Source: a virus (lineage: Duplodnaviria > Caudoviricetes). Taken from it: 64,000 nt of DNA. Location: IMG/VR virus record IMGVR_UViG_2651870089_000025, positions 32,001-96,000 of that record. One strand, given 5' to 3'. Shown here piece by piece: positions 46,158 through 56,570 of this stretch. Each line of letters begins with the position of its first letter. Positions within the stretch are counted from its first letter, which is position 1. The notes below the pieces were generated by a model, which was not told the origin of the DNA, ran no database searches, and saw only the letters and a program-made list of their open reading frames with translations. A program made the position numbers and the translations under genes.

Positions 46158-46736
46158 ATGGCAACAAAATTCGGTATTGACGTAGCAGGCGATAATGCCA
46201 GAGGTATTCTACAACCTAAGTTAAAATATAAGTATAGAGTACAATTCAACGGTATTGGCGCAGGTGAAGAACGCGAGTTTACACGTAATGTTGTTACATG
46301 CGATCGACCAAAAGTAGCATACGAAGAAGTTCCAGTACATTCATATAACTCACGTGTTTACTTGCAAGGTAAACATGAATGGCAAGCCATTTCAGTGACT
46401 TTCCGCGACGATGTACAGAACAATATTTCGGGTTTAGTAGGTAGACAAATTCAACGCCAAGTAGATCATCATAATCAGGTTTCAGCACTAAGCGGAGCCG
46501 ATTATAAATTCCAAATGACTGTTGCTATTCTAACTGGTACACACGGTGGTACAGAAACAGAATTGGATAAATGGTTACTTGAGGGTTGTTTTATCGTTAA
46601 CAGTGATTATGACGCAGGTGATTATGCCGCAAGTGATCCTGTAACTGTTACTTTATCGATTCGTTATGATAACGCACTACACTTTGATAAGGGTGCAAAC
46701 TTGATGCCAACCGGGGTAACAGTACAAACTACATAA
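46158..46736 (+). CDS. gp19: Tail tube protein
   Basis: Follows the sheath gene. LQPKLKYKYRV; YLQGKHEWQ.ISVTFRDD; WLLEGCF...DY...VTVTLSIRYDNA. Late promoter at 46126-46133 and SD. Confidence 0.85.
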   Translation: MATKFGIDVAGDNARGILQPKLKYKYRVQFNGIGAGEEREFTRNVVTCDRPKVAYEEVPVHSYNSRVYLQGKHEWQAISVTFRDDVQNNISGLVGRQIQRQVDHHNQVSALSGADYKFQMTVAILTGTHGGTETELDKWLLEGCFIVNSDYDAGDYAASDPVTVTLSIRYDNALHFDKGANLMPTGVTVQTT

Positions 46737-46754
46737 TTATAGCGTAATAATTAT

Positions 46755-48215
46755 ATGGCAAAGTATACCCGAGCAACACCAGGCGGAAGCGCAAGTGGAG
46801 AAAGTTGGATAGGCATGAGGAATGTGGTACGCGGGGCGTCAGAGGCGCCCCGTGTACACGGATTAACAGGACAAAAGCATACAAAAACCCCTCGGTTTAA
46901 AAACCATTATCTTGTAAAATTCCAATACACCGAAGAGTTAAAGCCTCTTTTTTACGGCAGAGACGCAAAGCAGTTAATAGATGTAACACATAGAGTTAGA
47001 TCTATTGATGCTCCACGAGTAGAAATTGAAACCGAAACTTTAAATCAGTATAATAAGCCTCGTATTACCCCAACTAAGATTAATTATCAACCAGTCACTA
47101 TAGCATTTTGGGATGACAGGTCTGATATATCTACAAATTTCTGGGTACAAACATATTCTTATTACTTTTCTAATGGTAGACGTCAAGGTACAACCCAGTA
47201 TAGTTATCGAGACAGCGATTTAACACATACTGAGACAAATGGTATATCGGCGATGTTAGGATACGATCATTACGGTTACAATCTAAAAGGAAAAGTAAAT
47301 AAAAAGAATTTGTTTCAGTACATTTCTTTGTATTTTTTACAAAATGGTTTTGCATCACGAATTGATTTAATTAATCCTTATATGCAGTCGGTACAGCATG
47401 ATCAGTTTTCTCAAGAAGCAACTAGCGAGTTGGCAAACATTAATGTAACGTGGGGTTATGAAAATCTTGTTTATTATCCGCAAAGAAATATAAAAGGGGA
47501 TAATAATTTATTTTCAATTTTAGACGGAGACGCAACTATTTTTGACTGGGTAGGAGAAGAAGTATCCGTGCCTAGTAGTCCCTTTTCCACCGATTTTGAC
47601 AGACCAAAAGATTCAGTACCTAACCCAGGCGAAGCTGGTGGAGCAACATCCGATGCTGCCAATGCCGCATCTTTTGCTGAACTAGGACAAATTTCCGCTA
47701 ATGCAGTTGCTCGTCCTAGAGGACCGTTGAGCGGTTATGTTTCGGTTGAAACTAACGCCGACTGGTTGCCAGCCTCTGGCGTGTCTAAAAGTAACGTTAG
47801 CGGCTGGGTGAATCCAAATACCGGAGAACTTGTAGTGCCAACCGGAGATTTTACAGCGAATCCAACCGACGGAGCCGCTATAGATGCAATTGCATCTAAA
47901 ACAGGAGGCTCTTTTCCTTTACCCGGCTTAAACAACCAAACAGCATATCCGGTTACTGGATCTTCTGTTGCTGATAGAATTGCAAAGAGTCCTTATGGGA
48001 ACGCAGTTTTCCCTCAAGGTGGGCAAATTAGCACTTGGGTAAATCCAAATACCGGACAACGTGTAGTTCCATCGAGAGTAAATAGCACAATCCAGTTGCC
48101 TACTTTGCAAACTTTAACTAATCAATGGAATGCTTTAACGCCATCGCAACAACAAGCAGAACTAAAAGCAAGAGCACAACGGTTAGAAAAAGCACAAAAC
48201 GACCGAAACTCATAG
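46755..48215 (+). CDS. Tail tube-like/baseplate-tube initiator protein with a low-complexity C-terminal extension
   Basis: SIDAPR...ETLNQYNK.RI..TKINYQPVTIAFWDD; LINP...VQHD resembles a tube-fold paralogue. The C-terminus contains WVNPNTG twice. Confidence 0.6.
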   Translation: MAKYTRATPGGSASGESWIGMRNVVRGASEAPRVHGLTGQKHTKTPRFKNHYLVKFQYTEELKPLFYGRDAKQLIDVTHRVRSIDAPRVEIETETLNQYNKPRITPTKINYQPVTIAFWDDRSDISTNFWVQTYSYYFSNGRRQGTTQYSYRDSDLTHTETNGISAMLGYDHYGYNLKGKVNKKNLFQYISLYFLQNGFASRIDLINPYMQSVQHDQFSQEATSELANINVTWGYENLVYYPQRNIKGDNNLFSILDGDATIFDWVGEEVSVPSSPFSTDFDRPKDSVPNPGEAGGATSDAANAASFAELGQISANAVARPRGPLSGYVSVETNADWLPASGVSKSNVSGWVNPNTGELVVPTGDFTANPTDGAAIDAIASKTGGSFPLPGLNNQTAYPVTGSSVADRIAKSPYGNAVFPQGGQISTWVNPNTGQRVVPSRVNSTIQLPTLQTLTNQWNALTPSQQQAELKARAQRLEKAQNDRNS

Positions 48216-48241
48216 GTTAACTTGTTGTCATAAATATTATT

Positions 48242-48676
48242 ATGGCTAGTAATAATTACACAGAAACAACCAGTGCTATAACAACCGACGCAACTAAATT
48301 AATAAAAACGTTCGGAAAAGTAAAAGATCCTTCACCTGATAGTACTGCAATTGCAACTGCATACACTCCTCCGTTGTCTGTTAACGGTGCAGATTTTGAT
48401 ATTTGTTATGCAATGTTTGATCAAGATGGTGTTATTGCAAGCAAAGAAGTAAAACAAACATTGGCAGTTCTTGTTCTAGAAGCAGCTAAAGCATTAAATA
48501 TCGAGCCACAAGAAATTATAAATTATAAAATACCTACTTCAAGTACACTTTCGATGACTGCAATAGGATTAAGCATGATTAATCAGTTACGTCCTATAAC
48601 AAGTCAGCTTGGTGTAAAGAGTGTTTCTACAACGTCGGCTAAAACTGCATTGGTTAATAGAAACATACTCGCGTAA
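48242..48676 (+). CDS. Hypothetical (probably virion) protein
   Basis: Late promoter CATAAATA at 48229-48236; lies in the structural cluster. Confidence 0.5.
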   Translation: MASNNYTETTSAITTDATKLIKTFGKVKDPSPDSTAIATAYTPPLSVNGADFDICYAMFDQDGVIASKEVKQTLAVLVLEAAKALNIEPQEIINYKIPTSSTLSMTAIGLSMINQLRPITSQLGVKSVSTTSAKTALVNRNILA

Positions 48677-49125
48677 TGGCTAAGTATTCACAGGGGTTGT
48701 TTACCCCAAAAAATGTTAAAAAGTATTTAGGAACAAAGCAACCTCGTTTTAGATCAGGTTGGGAGTTAGCATTTATGCGTATGTGCGATGCACATCCTAA
48801 TATAACCGGTTGGGCAAGCGAAGCAGTAAAAATTCCATATATTCATCCGTTAACAGGACGTAGTACACAATACGTGCCTGATTTTATTATACAGTATACA
48901 GACAAAAACGGTAGAAATCACACAGAAGTTATTGAGATTAAGCCGTATAATCAAACAACAGAAGAACGTGCTACACATATTGGTGAAAAAGCACAAGCAC
49001 AAATAAACAAAGCAAAGTGGATAGCCGCATCTGATTGGTGTAGCAAGAAGGGCATGACATTTCGTGTGCTAACAGAAAACGAAATATTTACCAACCCTAG
49101 TATGCGTAAATCACGCAGACGGTAA
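48676..49125 (+). CDS. Head completion nuclease, T4 gp4-like (TnsA-like fold)
   Basis: KYLG....FRSGWE..FM..CD.HP.I..WASE...IPY..P......YVPDF....EIKP...N.AKW.AA..WC...G..F.VLTE. Confidence 0.85.
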   Translation: MAKYSQGLFTPKNVKKYLGTKQPRFRSGWELAFMRMCDAHPNITGWASEAVKIPYIHPLTGRSTQYVPDFIIQYTDKNGRNHTEVIEIKPYNQTTEERATHIGEKAQAQINKAKWIAASDWCSKKGMTFRVLTENEIFTNPSMRKSRRR

Positions 49126-49168
49126 TAATTTACTGAAAAATAAATAATAATTAAGTAGGTACTTATCT

Positions 49169-49684
49169 ATGACTAAAAAACTTGAAGAAGAATTTAATTT
49201 ACCGCCGTTAAAAGAGGTATTAGACGCAGTAGAGGAAGAAGAGGAAGAAGTAGAAGAGGTGATGACAAAGTCTGAAACCTTGGCGTTAGAGCGAGACGAG
49301 ATTTTTACAGCCTTAAAAGCCGCTGATAAAATAGATCAAGCATTACCTGTTGTGCAAGGATTAGAAGCAAATGATACTGAAATGGACACATATGCTAATC
49401 AAGCAGAGCAAGCGTTTAAAGACTTAATGGATTTAGGTATGAATGTTGAGGCAAGGCATGCAGGTGATATCTTTGCTGCCGCACAACGCATGTTAAAAAA
49501 CGCAATAGAAGCAAAAACAAGCAAAACAGACAAAAAATTAAAAATGATTGAACTACAATTAAAGAAAATGAAGTTAGATCAGACGCAAAAGAAAGACGAT
49601 GGCATGATTGAGGGAGAAGGGTACGTAATTGCAGACAGGAACGACATTCTCAAAAGTTTCATAGACAAGAAAAACGATAAATAG
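49169..49684 (+). CDS. Helical protein, possibly terminase small subunit (gp16-like)
   Basis: Late promoter; coiled-coil core (AFKDLMDLGMNVEARHAGDIF.AA..ML) and C-terminal DRNDIL; lies upstream of gp17. The assignment is inferential. Confidence 0.4.
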   Translation: MTKKLEEEFNLPPLKEVLDAVEEEEEEVEEVMTKSETLALERDEIFTALKAADKIDQALPVVQGLEANDTEMDTYANQAEQAFKDLMDLGMNVEARHAGDIFAAAQRMLKNAIEAKTSKTDKKLKMIELQLKKMKLDQTQKKDDGMIEGEGYVIADRNDILKSFIDKKNDK

Positions 49685-49716
49685 TTAAAGTTAAAAATTC
49701 CATACGAGGAAGAGAG

Positions 49717-50253
49717 ATGAAAACATTAAAACAATACTTAGCTGAATCCACAAAGGAGTACAAGTATAAAGTAAAGATTTTAGGTGAAGTTACCGATGAT
49801 ATGATGGTAACTATTGAGAATGAGCTAAAAAAGTTCGATCTTAAAACAATTAGTGCACCTACAAAAACAATATTTCAAAAGCAACCGTTAGATTTTGACG
49901 AAGGTGTGTCCGGAGAAGTAAACATTGCTAGTTTTACAACAGGATTACCACTTTCGATTGATACAGTACGTGATAGAATCGCTCACAACTTGGGCATGCC
50001 AGAGCGTTATCTTAAAATTCGTACCGAAAATGATCCACTAGAACACGACTTGGTTGATAACAATATTGATACAGAACTTGTAATTGGCGAAAGCAACCCT
50101 GAGGATGCAGCCTTAAACAATGAATATCCAGCAGATGAGCACGATGTAAGTGATTATCATGGCAACGAGTTTAATACAAAGTTCATTGAGGAACTAATGA
50201 AACTTGTTAAAGATCGAGACACACATGTAAGTAATTACATGAAAGGTGAATAA
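49717..50253 (+). CDS. Putative head/virion protein
   Basis: N-terminus MKTLKQYLAES resembles a prohead-protease-cleaved leader. Late promoter at 49676-49683. Confidence 0.55.
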   Translation: MKTLKQYLAESTKEYKYKVKILGEVTDDMMVTIENELKKFDLKTISAPTKTIFQKQPLDFDEGVSGEVNIASFTTGLPLSIDTVRDRIAHNLGMPERYLKIRTENDPLEHDLVDNNIDTELVIGESNPEDAALNNEYPADEHDVSDYHGNEFNTKFIEELMKLVKDRDTHVSNYMKGE

Positions 50254-50254
50254 A

Positions 50255-50851
50255 ATGACCAACGATACAAAATATAACGCTGATGTACATAAGTCATTGC
50301 GTATTATAAAAGAATATAATGCTGGCCAGGAAAAATTAGACGAAGCACCATATGGTGCATGGGCAAGTGCCAAAGATGCACTTAGAAGCAAAGTATCTGG
50401 TCCTTTGGGTCTAGGTAGAGACGGTGCTGACAGAGCAGCTGGCCGAAGAGAGGCAGGGCAGCTTGCAAATACTATAAATCGTCAGTGGCAGAAGTATCTA
50501 GGAAGCCAGGGTACAGAGCCAAAAGATGCTAAACCACAGCAATTGAAAGATTTTGTCGCCCAGTATTATTCAAACGCAGATTTTGATGCAATAGTTAAAC
50601 AGTTATCGCCGGCCGGCGCAATACTAAAGCAATTTCAGGATAATCCAAGTACTCCTGTATCAACAGATCAGCAGAATCAGATTTTAATGGGGATTGCACA
50701 AGCAACTTATAAAGCACCATCGGCTGCATCTCCAGGATCCAAGCCGTTATCTAAAGCAGAAGTTGATGCTGTGCAGAAAGCAGCTCAAGCAGGCAATTTT
50801 ACTGATGTGCTAAATCAATTAACACAGTGGAAAAAAGACGGTCGTTTTTAG
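50255..50851 (+). CDS. Putative internal head protein
   Basis: LRIIKEYN...KLDEAP processing-like motif; Ala/Gln-rich. Start at 50255 or 50246. Confidence 0.5.
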   Translation: MTNDTKYNADVHKSLRIIKEYNAGQEKLDEAPYGAWASAKDALRSKVSGPLGLGRDGADRAAGRREAGQLANTINRQWQKYLGSQGTEPKDAKPQQLKDFVAQYYSNADFDAIVKQLSPAGAILKQFQDNPSTPVSTDQQNQILMGIAQATYKAPSAASPGSKPLSKAEVDAVQKAAQAGNFTDVLNQLTQWKKDGRF

Positions 50852-50860
50852 GATAATAAC

Positions 50861-51382
50861 ATGAAAAAAGAACACAATGAGGAGAATACAATGAGAGTAG
50901 ATGAGATGTGCGGTGCATGTCAAGATGAAATGGAAGCACCAAAAACAAACTACAATCTAACAATTACAACTGATAAAGATGATACTCATACAACAACAAC
51001 GGTTAGCAGTGATAAGCCAGAAGAGTTAATGAGAATGCTTCAACTTTCAGGTATGCCAGCTGCACATGCAGAGCCAGACGGCGACGAAGGTATGGGTATG
51101 GATCATAGTTATGAGAAGCCAAGTTCGATTTCTTCAATGAAAGATTTGATTGCAAAAGTGTCAAAGCCGGCATTACCAAAAGAAGAAGCAATTGAAGTTG
51201 AGCAAGACCCTACAAATGATGCAAAAGTATTTGGTTTAAAAGATTTGGTTATTGGCCAAAGTAAAAAGCAACCAAAGCAACGCACAGTATCAGCAAGACA
51301 TGGCGACAACCCGTATAAAGATGCAGGACAGTTAGAAGAAGAATTTACTTCCGCATACAATGAGTTTAAAAGCCAAGAGTAA
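50861..51382 (+). CDS. Acidic hypothetical protein (putative prohead core/scaffold-like)
   Basis: Acidic and low-complexity; ELMRMLQLSG and GDNP motifs; in the head cluster. Confidence 0.5.
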   Translation: MKKEHNEENTMRVDEMCGACQDEMEAPKTNYNLTITTDKDDTHTTTTVSSDKPEELMRMLQLSGMPAAHAEPDGDEGMGMDHSYEKPSSISSMKDLIAKVSKPALPKEEAIEVEQDPTNDAKVFGLKDLVIGQSKKQPKQRTVSARHGDNPYKDAGQLEEEFTSAYNEFKSQE

Positions 51383-51384
51383 AA

Positions 51385-51702
51385 ATGTTAGTAACTGAAG
51401 TGCTTATAGAAAGATCAGAAGATCAAGCCGCGTATCGTGCAAGTCATGACGATGCAACTATGCGGCATCGTCCATTGGATAGACGTCCTACAGTAGGTAG
51501 CCGTCGTATCTGGACTGGTATGAGCGGTGCTTTAGTTAAGCAAGCAATTCGTATGGAACATATTGTTGATGAAATTGCCGAGTTTGACCCAAACAAAGCA
51601 GATCCGGAAATTATCAAGCGTTTCCAAAAAGCATTTGATCAACTAAATGCTTTTGCAAGTAAAATTAAAAAAGATTATCGCAACTATAAGGGAGACGAGT
51701 AA
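51385..51702 (+). CDS. Putative internal head protein
   Basis: N-terminus MLVTEVLIE; tightly packed ORF. Confidence 0.5.
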   Translation: MLVTEVLIERSEDQAAYRASHDDATMRHRPLDRRPTVGSRRIWTGMSGALVKQAIRMEHIVDEIAEFDPNKADPEIIKRFQKAFDQLNAFASKIKKDYRNYKGDE

Positions 51703-51704
51703 GC

Positions 51705-52745
51705 ATGAGAGCATACGAGTTTTTAACAGAAAAACTATCTCGTGATCAACGAGTAAAGATGCAACGCATCTACTCCAAGATGGAAAATAATCCGGTCGTT
51801 ATCGATGAACTTTGGAAAATTATTAGTCTAAAAGTGCAGGATAATGAAGGAAATTTGCAAGATAGAATTTTAACAGCATTGCAGCCGGATAAAACAAAGC
51901 CAGAATATGATCAAACGTTTGCAGATGGATTTGTTGAAGCATTTGCAACAGCAATTGAAGGCACACAAGGTACAGTTGAAGAAAAGATAGAGTTTGCTAA
52001 TACTTTGGGTAAAGTAAATCATGTTGATACAAAAGCATTACTCCAAACATTATCTGGATGGAGCGACTGGTTAGTAGGAACTCCTTTTTCGCAGAGATTG
52101 TTTGATACTATGTTTAATTTACCAGCATTTAGAACTGATAACAAGGGTCCTGGTGAAGTTGCATTAGCACTACTAAGCCCTGACATTGTATTATCAAAAA
52201 CAAAAGGCGATATCATTGTTGACGGAACACCTATAGAACTTAAAGGCGGTAAAACAGCCGCCGGCGGCAGACTTTCTCCAACAACAGGTACAATAGGAAT
52301 GTTATATGGTAATAAAGATTTTTGGAGCAAGTTATTACCTGATGATCCTATTAAAGCAGCCGAGTTAGGAAAAGTTAATAAAATTAACGCAAATAATTAT
52401 AGTTCTTTCTTAGAAAAGAATGGATTAAATCAAAATCACTCCCGGGCAATTTTGAGTGCTATTTTTAAAGCAGATGGTTTAGATGATTTAGTTTTAAAAG
52501 CCGCAAAAAAAGGAGCCGGAGTCACAGCAGCCGATCTTATTGGAATAGCGGTTAAAAATTATGGTTTATCGCAAGGCGACGAACATTTTTTAATTTTGCA
52601 AGCAGACATTAGAATGTCCTTATACTTTAATGTAAATGATTTAACACCGGTGTTAAACCGTTTGTCTTTTAATTTACCGCTAATTGATAGCGATGCCCGT
52701 AGTCAAGGCAAAGCACAAATTGGTATATTGAAAAAATCTCGTTAA
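51705..52745 (+). CDS. Putative head-packaged protein with a PD-(D/E)xK-like motif
   Basis: N-terminus MRAYEFLTE; GPGEVALALL...KGDIIVDGTPIELKG....GGRL. Confidence 0.5.
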   Translation: MRAYEFLTEKLSRDQRVKMQRIYSKMENNPVVIDELWKIISLKVQDNEGNLQDRILTALQPDKTKPEYDQTFADGFVEAFATAIEGTQGTVEEKIEFANTLGKVNHVDTKALLQTLSGWSDWLVGTPFSQRLFDTMFNLPAFRTDNKGPGEVALALLSPDIVLSKTKGDIIVDGTPIELKGGKTAAGGRLSPTTGTIGMLYGNKDFWSKLLPDDPIKAAELGKVNKINANNYSSFLEKNGLNQNHSRAILSAIFKADGLDDLVLKAAKKGAGVTAADLIGIAVKNYGLSQGDEHFLILQADIRMSLYFNVNDLTPVLNRLSFNLPLIDSDARSQGKAQIGILKKSR

Positions 52746-52762
52746 AAAGAAACTTTCCACCC

Positions 52763-52770
52763 TATAAATA
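52763..52770 (+). promoter_or_regulatory. T4-type late promoter (TATAAATA)
   Basis: Exact consensus, 5 nt before the terminase ATG. Confidence 0.7.
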
Positions 52771-52775
52771 CTTGT

Positions 52776-54371
52776 ATGCCAGGTACCGACAGTCAATTAG
52801 TCAAATCTGCTCATAAAAAAACCAAATATACCAAAGAGCAAACAGAGCATTTACAAAAATGTTTAGACCCAGAGACGGGTCCTTTGCATTTTATGCGTAA
52901 TTTTGTGTATATACAACATCCTGTAAAAGGACGGTTACAATTTGAGCCGTATAATTTTCAATTGGAGTTGATAGAAAACTATCATAATTATCGCTTTTCT
53001 ATTAATATGTGTGCTCGGCAAATGGGTAAAACTACTGTTGCCGCTGGATATTTGTTATGGTATGCAATGTTTAAACCAGACAGCACAATAATGATTGCCG
53101 CACACAAGTACCAAGGCGCCGCAGAAATTATGCAACGTGTTCGTTATGCATATGAAAGTGTGCCGGATTTTGTAAGAGCAGGTGTAGTTAATTATAATAG
53201 AAACAGTATTGACTTTGATAATGGATCTCGTATTATAGCGGCTACTACAACAGAAACTACTGGACGTGGTATGTCCTTGTCACTAATTTACATGGACGAG
53301 TTTGCGTTCGTACAACCGCGTGTAGCGAAAGAATTCTGGACAGCACTATCTCCTACACTTGCTACAGGTGGTAAATGTATTATTACGTCGACGCCTAATA
53401 GCGATGACGACCAATTTGCTACAATTTGGCGAGAAGCAAATGCTACGCATGATGAGTTTGGTGAAGATCAGAAGTTAGGTAAAAACGGATTTTCAGCAGT
53501 AAAAGTAGTATGGAGTGAACATCCAGACAGAGATGAGAAATGGGCAAAGGAAGAACGATCTCGAGTTGGCGAGGAGCGTTTTAGACGCGAGCACTTATGC
53601 GAATTTATTATATATGATGAAACACTTATTGACGCATTAAAGTTAGTAGGACTTACAGGACGGGAGCCTATTTTAAGAACCGGTGAGGTAAGATGGTATC
53701 ATAAACCAAAGAAAGGTGGTATCTACTTGGTAGGACTCGATCCAAGTTTAGGAACAGGCGGTGACTACGCGGCAATACAAGTATTTGATGGTATAACAAT
53801 GCAACAGGTTGCTGAATGGCAACACAATAAGTCTCCTGTAAAACGCCAAATAAAAATAATGCAAGAAATACTTGAGCATATTGCAAAAGAAACCGGTTAT
53901 AAAGAAACAGCACATACCGAAACAGAGATTTACTGGAGTGTCGAAAACAATACTTTGGGCGAAGCATGTTTAACTGTTATAGAACACACAGGCGAGGAGA
54001 ACTTTGCTGGAATGATGGTGAATCAGCCTAAAACCGGAAGCGGGCAAAGACGTTATCGTAAAGGGTTTACAACAACTGCTAAAACTAAACTGTCAGTTTG
54101 TGCTACATTAAAAAATCTTGTTGAAGGCGGTAAAATGGAAGTTAACAGTAAGCGGCTAGTTAGAGAGTTAAAAAACTATGTTGCTAACGGCTTAAAGTTT
54201 GAGGCAAAAGTAGGCGAAACAGACGATTTAATATCTGCAACTTTATTAGTTTTAAGAGTAAGCAATCATTTAGCAAAGTATGATGATAGAATCCACGATA
54301 GATTAGCACAAAATACTGATGATGACGACGAATTTGGTTTTTCAGACCCAATGCCATTGGGCATAATTTAA
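52776..54371 (+). CDS. gp17: Terminase large subunit
   Basis: YNFQ adenine-binding motif; ARQMGKTT Walker A; IYMDEFAF Walker B; ITSTPN; nuclease residues in GLDPSLG, VENN and DDL. Confidence 0.95.
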   Translation: MPGTDSQLVKSAHKKTKYTKEQTEHLQKCLDPETGPLHFMRNFVYIQHPVKGRLQFEPYNFQLELIENYHNYRFSINMCARQMGKTTVAAGYLLWYAMFKPDSTIMIAAHKYQGAAEIMQRVRYAYESVPDFVRAGVVNYNRNSIDFDNGSRIIAATTTETTGRGMSLSLIYMDEFAFVQPRVAKEFWTALSPTLATGGKCIITSTPNSDDDQFATIWREANATHDEFGEDQKLGKNGFSAVKVVWSEHPDRDEKWAKEERSRVGEERFRREHLCEFIIYDETLIDALKLVGLTGREPILRTGEVRWYHKPKKGGIYLVGLDPSLGTGGDYAAIQVFDGITMQQVAEWQHNKSPVKRQIKIMQEILEHIAKETGYKETAHTETEIYWSVENNTLGEACLTVIEHTGEENFAGMMVNQPKTGSGQRRYRKGFTTTAKTKLSVCATLKNLVEGGKMEVNSKRLVRELKNYVANGLKFEAKVGETDDLISATLLVLRVSNHLAKYDDRIHDRLAQNTDDDDEFGFSDPMPLGII

Positions 54372-54392
54372 TAGAATAGATAAATACTAATT

Positions 54393-56570
54393 ATGGGTAT
54401 AAGCATAGAAACAGTGGCCACAGAGGTCCGTAAAGTTATAAAAGGTTCTGGTTATCGCTTAGAAATGTTCACTGAAGATGGTGATCAAACACTTGACGAT
54501 AGAACTGCTCGTAGATTTTTCTTAAAACCATCAAACATAATGGTTACTATTGACGAGGATGATAAAACTTTAAAATTACATAAACCGGATACTGTTGAGT
54601 TAGATCAAATTGAAGGTTTACACGGAACTCTAAAAAATTTAGCCAGTAAGTATAGACTAAATTTTGATTATAAATCATTTGGCCACGCATTAAAACCAAA
54701 AGACTATGTTCACCAAGCAATTAAAGCATTAAATGATGAGGAATTAGATATGAAACCAATGGCAGAAGGTATGTCTCCAATGTCGGGTAGTACAAAGTCA
54801 AGTTATCAATTAGTTGACGATAAAGTAAAACTAATCGCGAGACATTCAAAACCAGTAGACGAAGCGGTGCGTGGATCCCGCAGTAGAAACATTAAGGCTT
54901 TGTTTATCGAAAACGGAGCAGGCGAAAGATTTCAATATCCACATATACACTTAGCAGGTGCTCGTGCAATGGCACGTCATGTTAGCATGGGTGGTACACC
55001 ATACGACACAGTAGGTACGCATATTGCAAAGTTGTCAGAAGATTACAAAAAACTTCAACGCTTTGTAAGATATGCAAAATCTAACCATGTAGTAACTGAA
55101 GAAAACGCAAGTATTGTTGATGCAGTTAGAGAACGCTACGATGGTATTAAACGAGATTTGTCTCGCTTAACAAGTGTCAAAGGATATGCTCAACAAGTTG
55201 AGGCTATCCAAGAGGAAGTATTTGAAGCTTCCGAAGACAAGATTGCAGAACTTCGAGACATGTTCACTGCCAGAACATTTGATGAGTCTCTTAACGAAGT
55301 TCTTCCACTAATTTCTCAAATTGTTGAATACAGATTATCAAAAGATGCTAAAAAAGCAACAGGTGACAAGTTAAAAGATATGGATTTGCTTGTACAAAAA
55401 TCAGAAGATGTGTCATTTTATAAACCATCTGAGTCACAAGAAAAATATGCAAGTGCAAAAATCCTAAAGTTCTCAGAACCAAAATATGAATATGGTTACA
55501 AAGTTAGAGAACTTGCAGGTTTAATCGAAGATGATTTATTATCGTCATTTTTAAGTTCAGTTGCAAACAACGACAAGGCAATGGAAGTGCTTGCTTCTCT
55601 TGAGCAAAAAGGCGTTAGAACAACTTCACCAGCAGGTGTTGTAGTACAAAATGTTATGGATGCCGCCAACGAAAAAGGTATTTTTGATAAAATAGAAAAT
55701 GCAGATGATGCAAATGATGCAGATGATGAATTCGCAAAACAGGATGCAGAAGATATGCCAGATGATTTTAACCCGCCAAAAGTAGAAAGCAAAAAATTCA
55801 AAGACTGGGTGGAGTCTGTTACAAGCGACGATGTACTATTTGAACAAGTAGTAGTCGCAGAAGATGAATTTGTAGATTTCAACCGTGCTTTAGCAGTTGC
55901 TAAAGAGCGTATGAATACATTACCTCGCATGGGGGATGGTTCACCATTGGTACGCAAGATTAAAGGTATGTGCGAAGAAATAGCAGTTGAGTATGATGTT
56001 AAAGCAGAAGACCTTTATGCGGCACTAAGCGGCGACGACGTAATCAACGAAGGTGAACCAGCACAGCCAGATCATAGCGATATTGCACATGCAATTCAAA
56101 TGGCAAAAGATATGGCCGGCGATATGACGGGCGCATATAACAAGATTGTTGATATGTATGGCCAAGAAGTTGCCGATAGCGACGAAGTGCAAGACGCATT
56201 ACGTCAAGCCAACGAAGCAATTGAATATGTTGGAGAAGAATTTCCAGCAATATACGATGACGAAGGCGAAATAGTAGCAAACTCAGCAAGAGATGCAATG
56301 CGATTACTGTATGATTCAGATGACTACGATGCAATTCTTGGCGATGTAGAAGATGGTGACTACGATAGTCTATTGTCTGCACTCGACCGCAGTGGTTACA
56401 TGCACGAAGGCAAAAAGAAAGATCACGACAACGATGGCGACATTGATAGTGATGACTACTTAGCCGCTCGTGACAAAGCAATTAAAAAAACAATGAAAAA
56501 AGAATCTGTAAATTTAACTATTGCAAGATTAGCAGAGTTATCCCGTATTAAACGTTTAGCAGGCTTATAA
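54393..56570 (+). CDS. Large acidic head-associated protein (prohead core-like)
   Basis: Late promoter at 54379-54386. GERFQYPHIHLAGARAMARHVSMGGTPYD; EF-hand-like DHDNDGDIDSDDY; C-terminus ELSRIKRLAGL. Confidence 0.55.
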   Translation: MGISIETVATEVRKVIKGSGYRLEMFTEDGDQTLDDRTARRFFLKPSNIMVTIDEDDKTLKLHKPDTVELDQIEGLHGTLKNLASKYRLNFDYKSFGHALKPKDYVHQAIKALNDEELDMKPMAEGMSPMSGSTKSSYQLVDDKVKLIARHSKPVDEAVRGSRSRNIKALFIENGAGERFQYPHIHLAGARAMARHVSMGGTPYDTVGTHIAKLSEDYKKLQRFVRYAKSNHVVTEENASIVDAVRERYDGIKRDLSRLTSVKGYAQQVEAIQEEVFEASEDKIAELRDMFTARTFDESLNEVLPLISQIVEYRLSKDAKKATGDKLKDMDLLVQKSEDVSFYKPSESQEKYASAKILKFSEPKYEYGYKVRELAGLIEDDLLSSFLSSVANNDKAMEVLASLEQKGVRTTSPAGVVVQNVMDAANEKGIFDKIENADDANDADDEFAKQDAEDMPDDFNPPKVESKKFKDWVESVTSDDVLFEQVVVAEDEFVDFNRALAVAKERMNTLPRMGDGSPLVRKIKGMCEEIAVEYDVKAEDLYAALSGDDVINEGEPAQPDHSDIAHAIQMAKDMAGDMTGAYNKIVDMYGQEVADSDEVQDALRQANEAIEYVGEEFPAIYDDEGEIVANSARDAMRLLYDSDDYDAILGDVEDGDYDSLLSALDRSGYMHEGKKKDHDNDGDIDSDDYLAARDKAIKKTMKKESVNLTIARLAELSRIKRLAGL

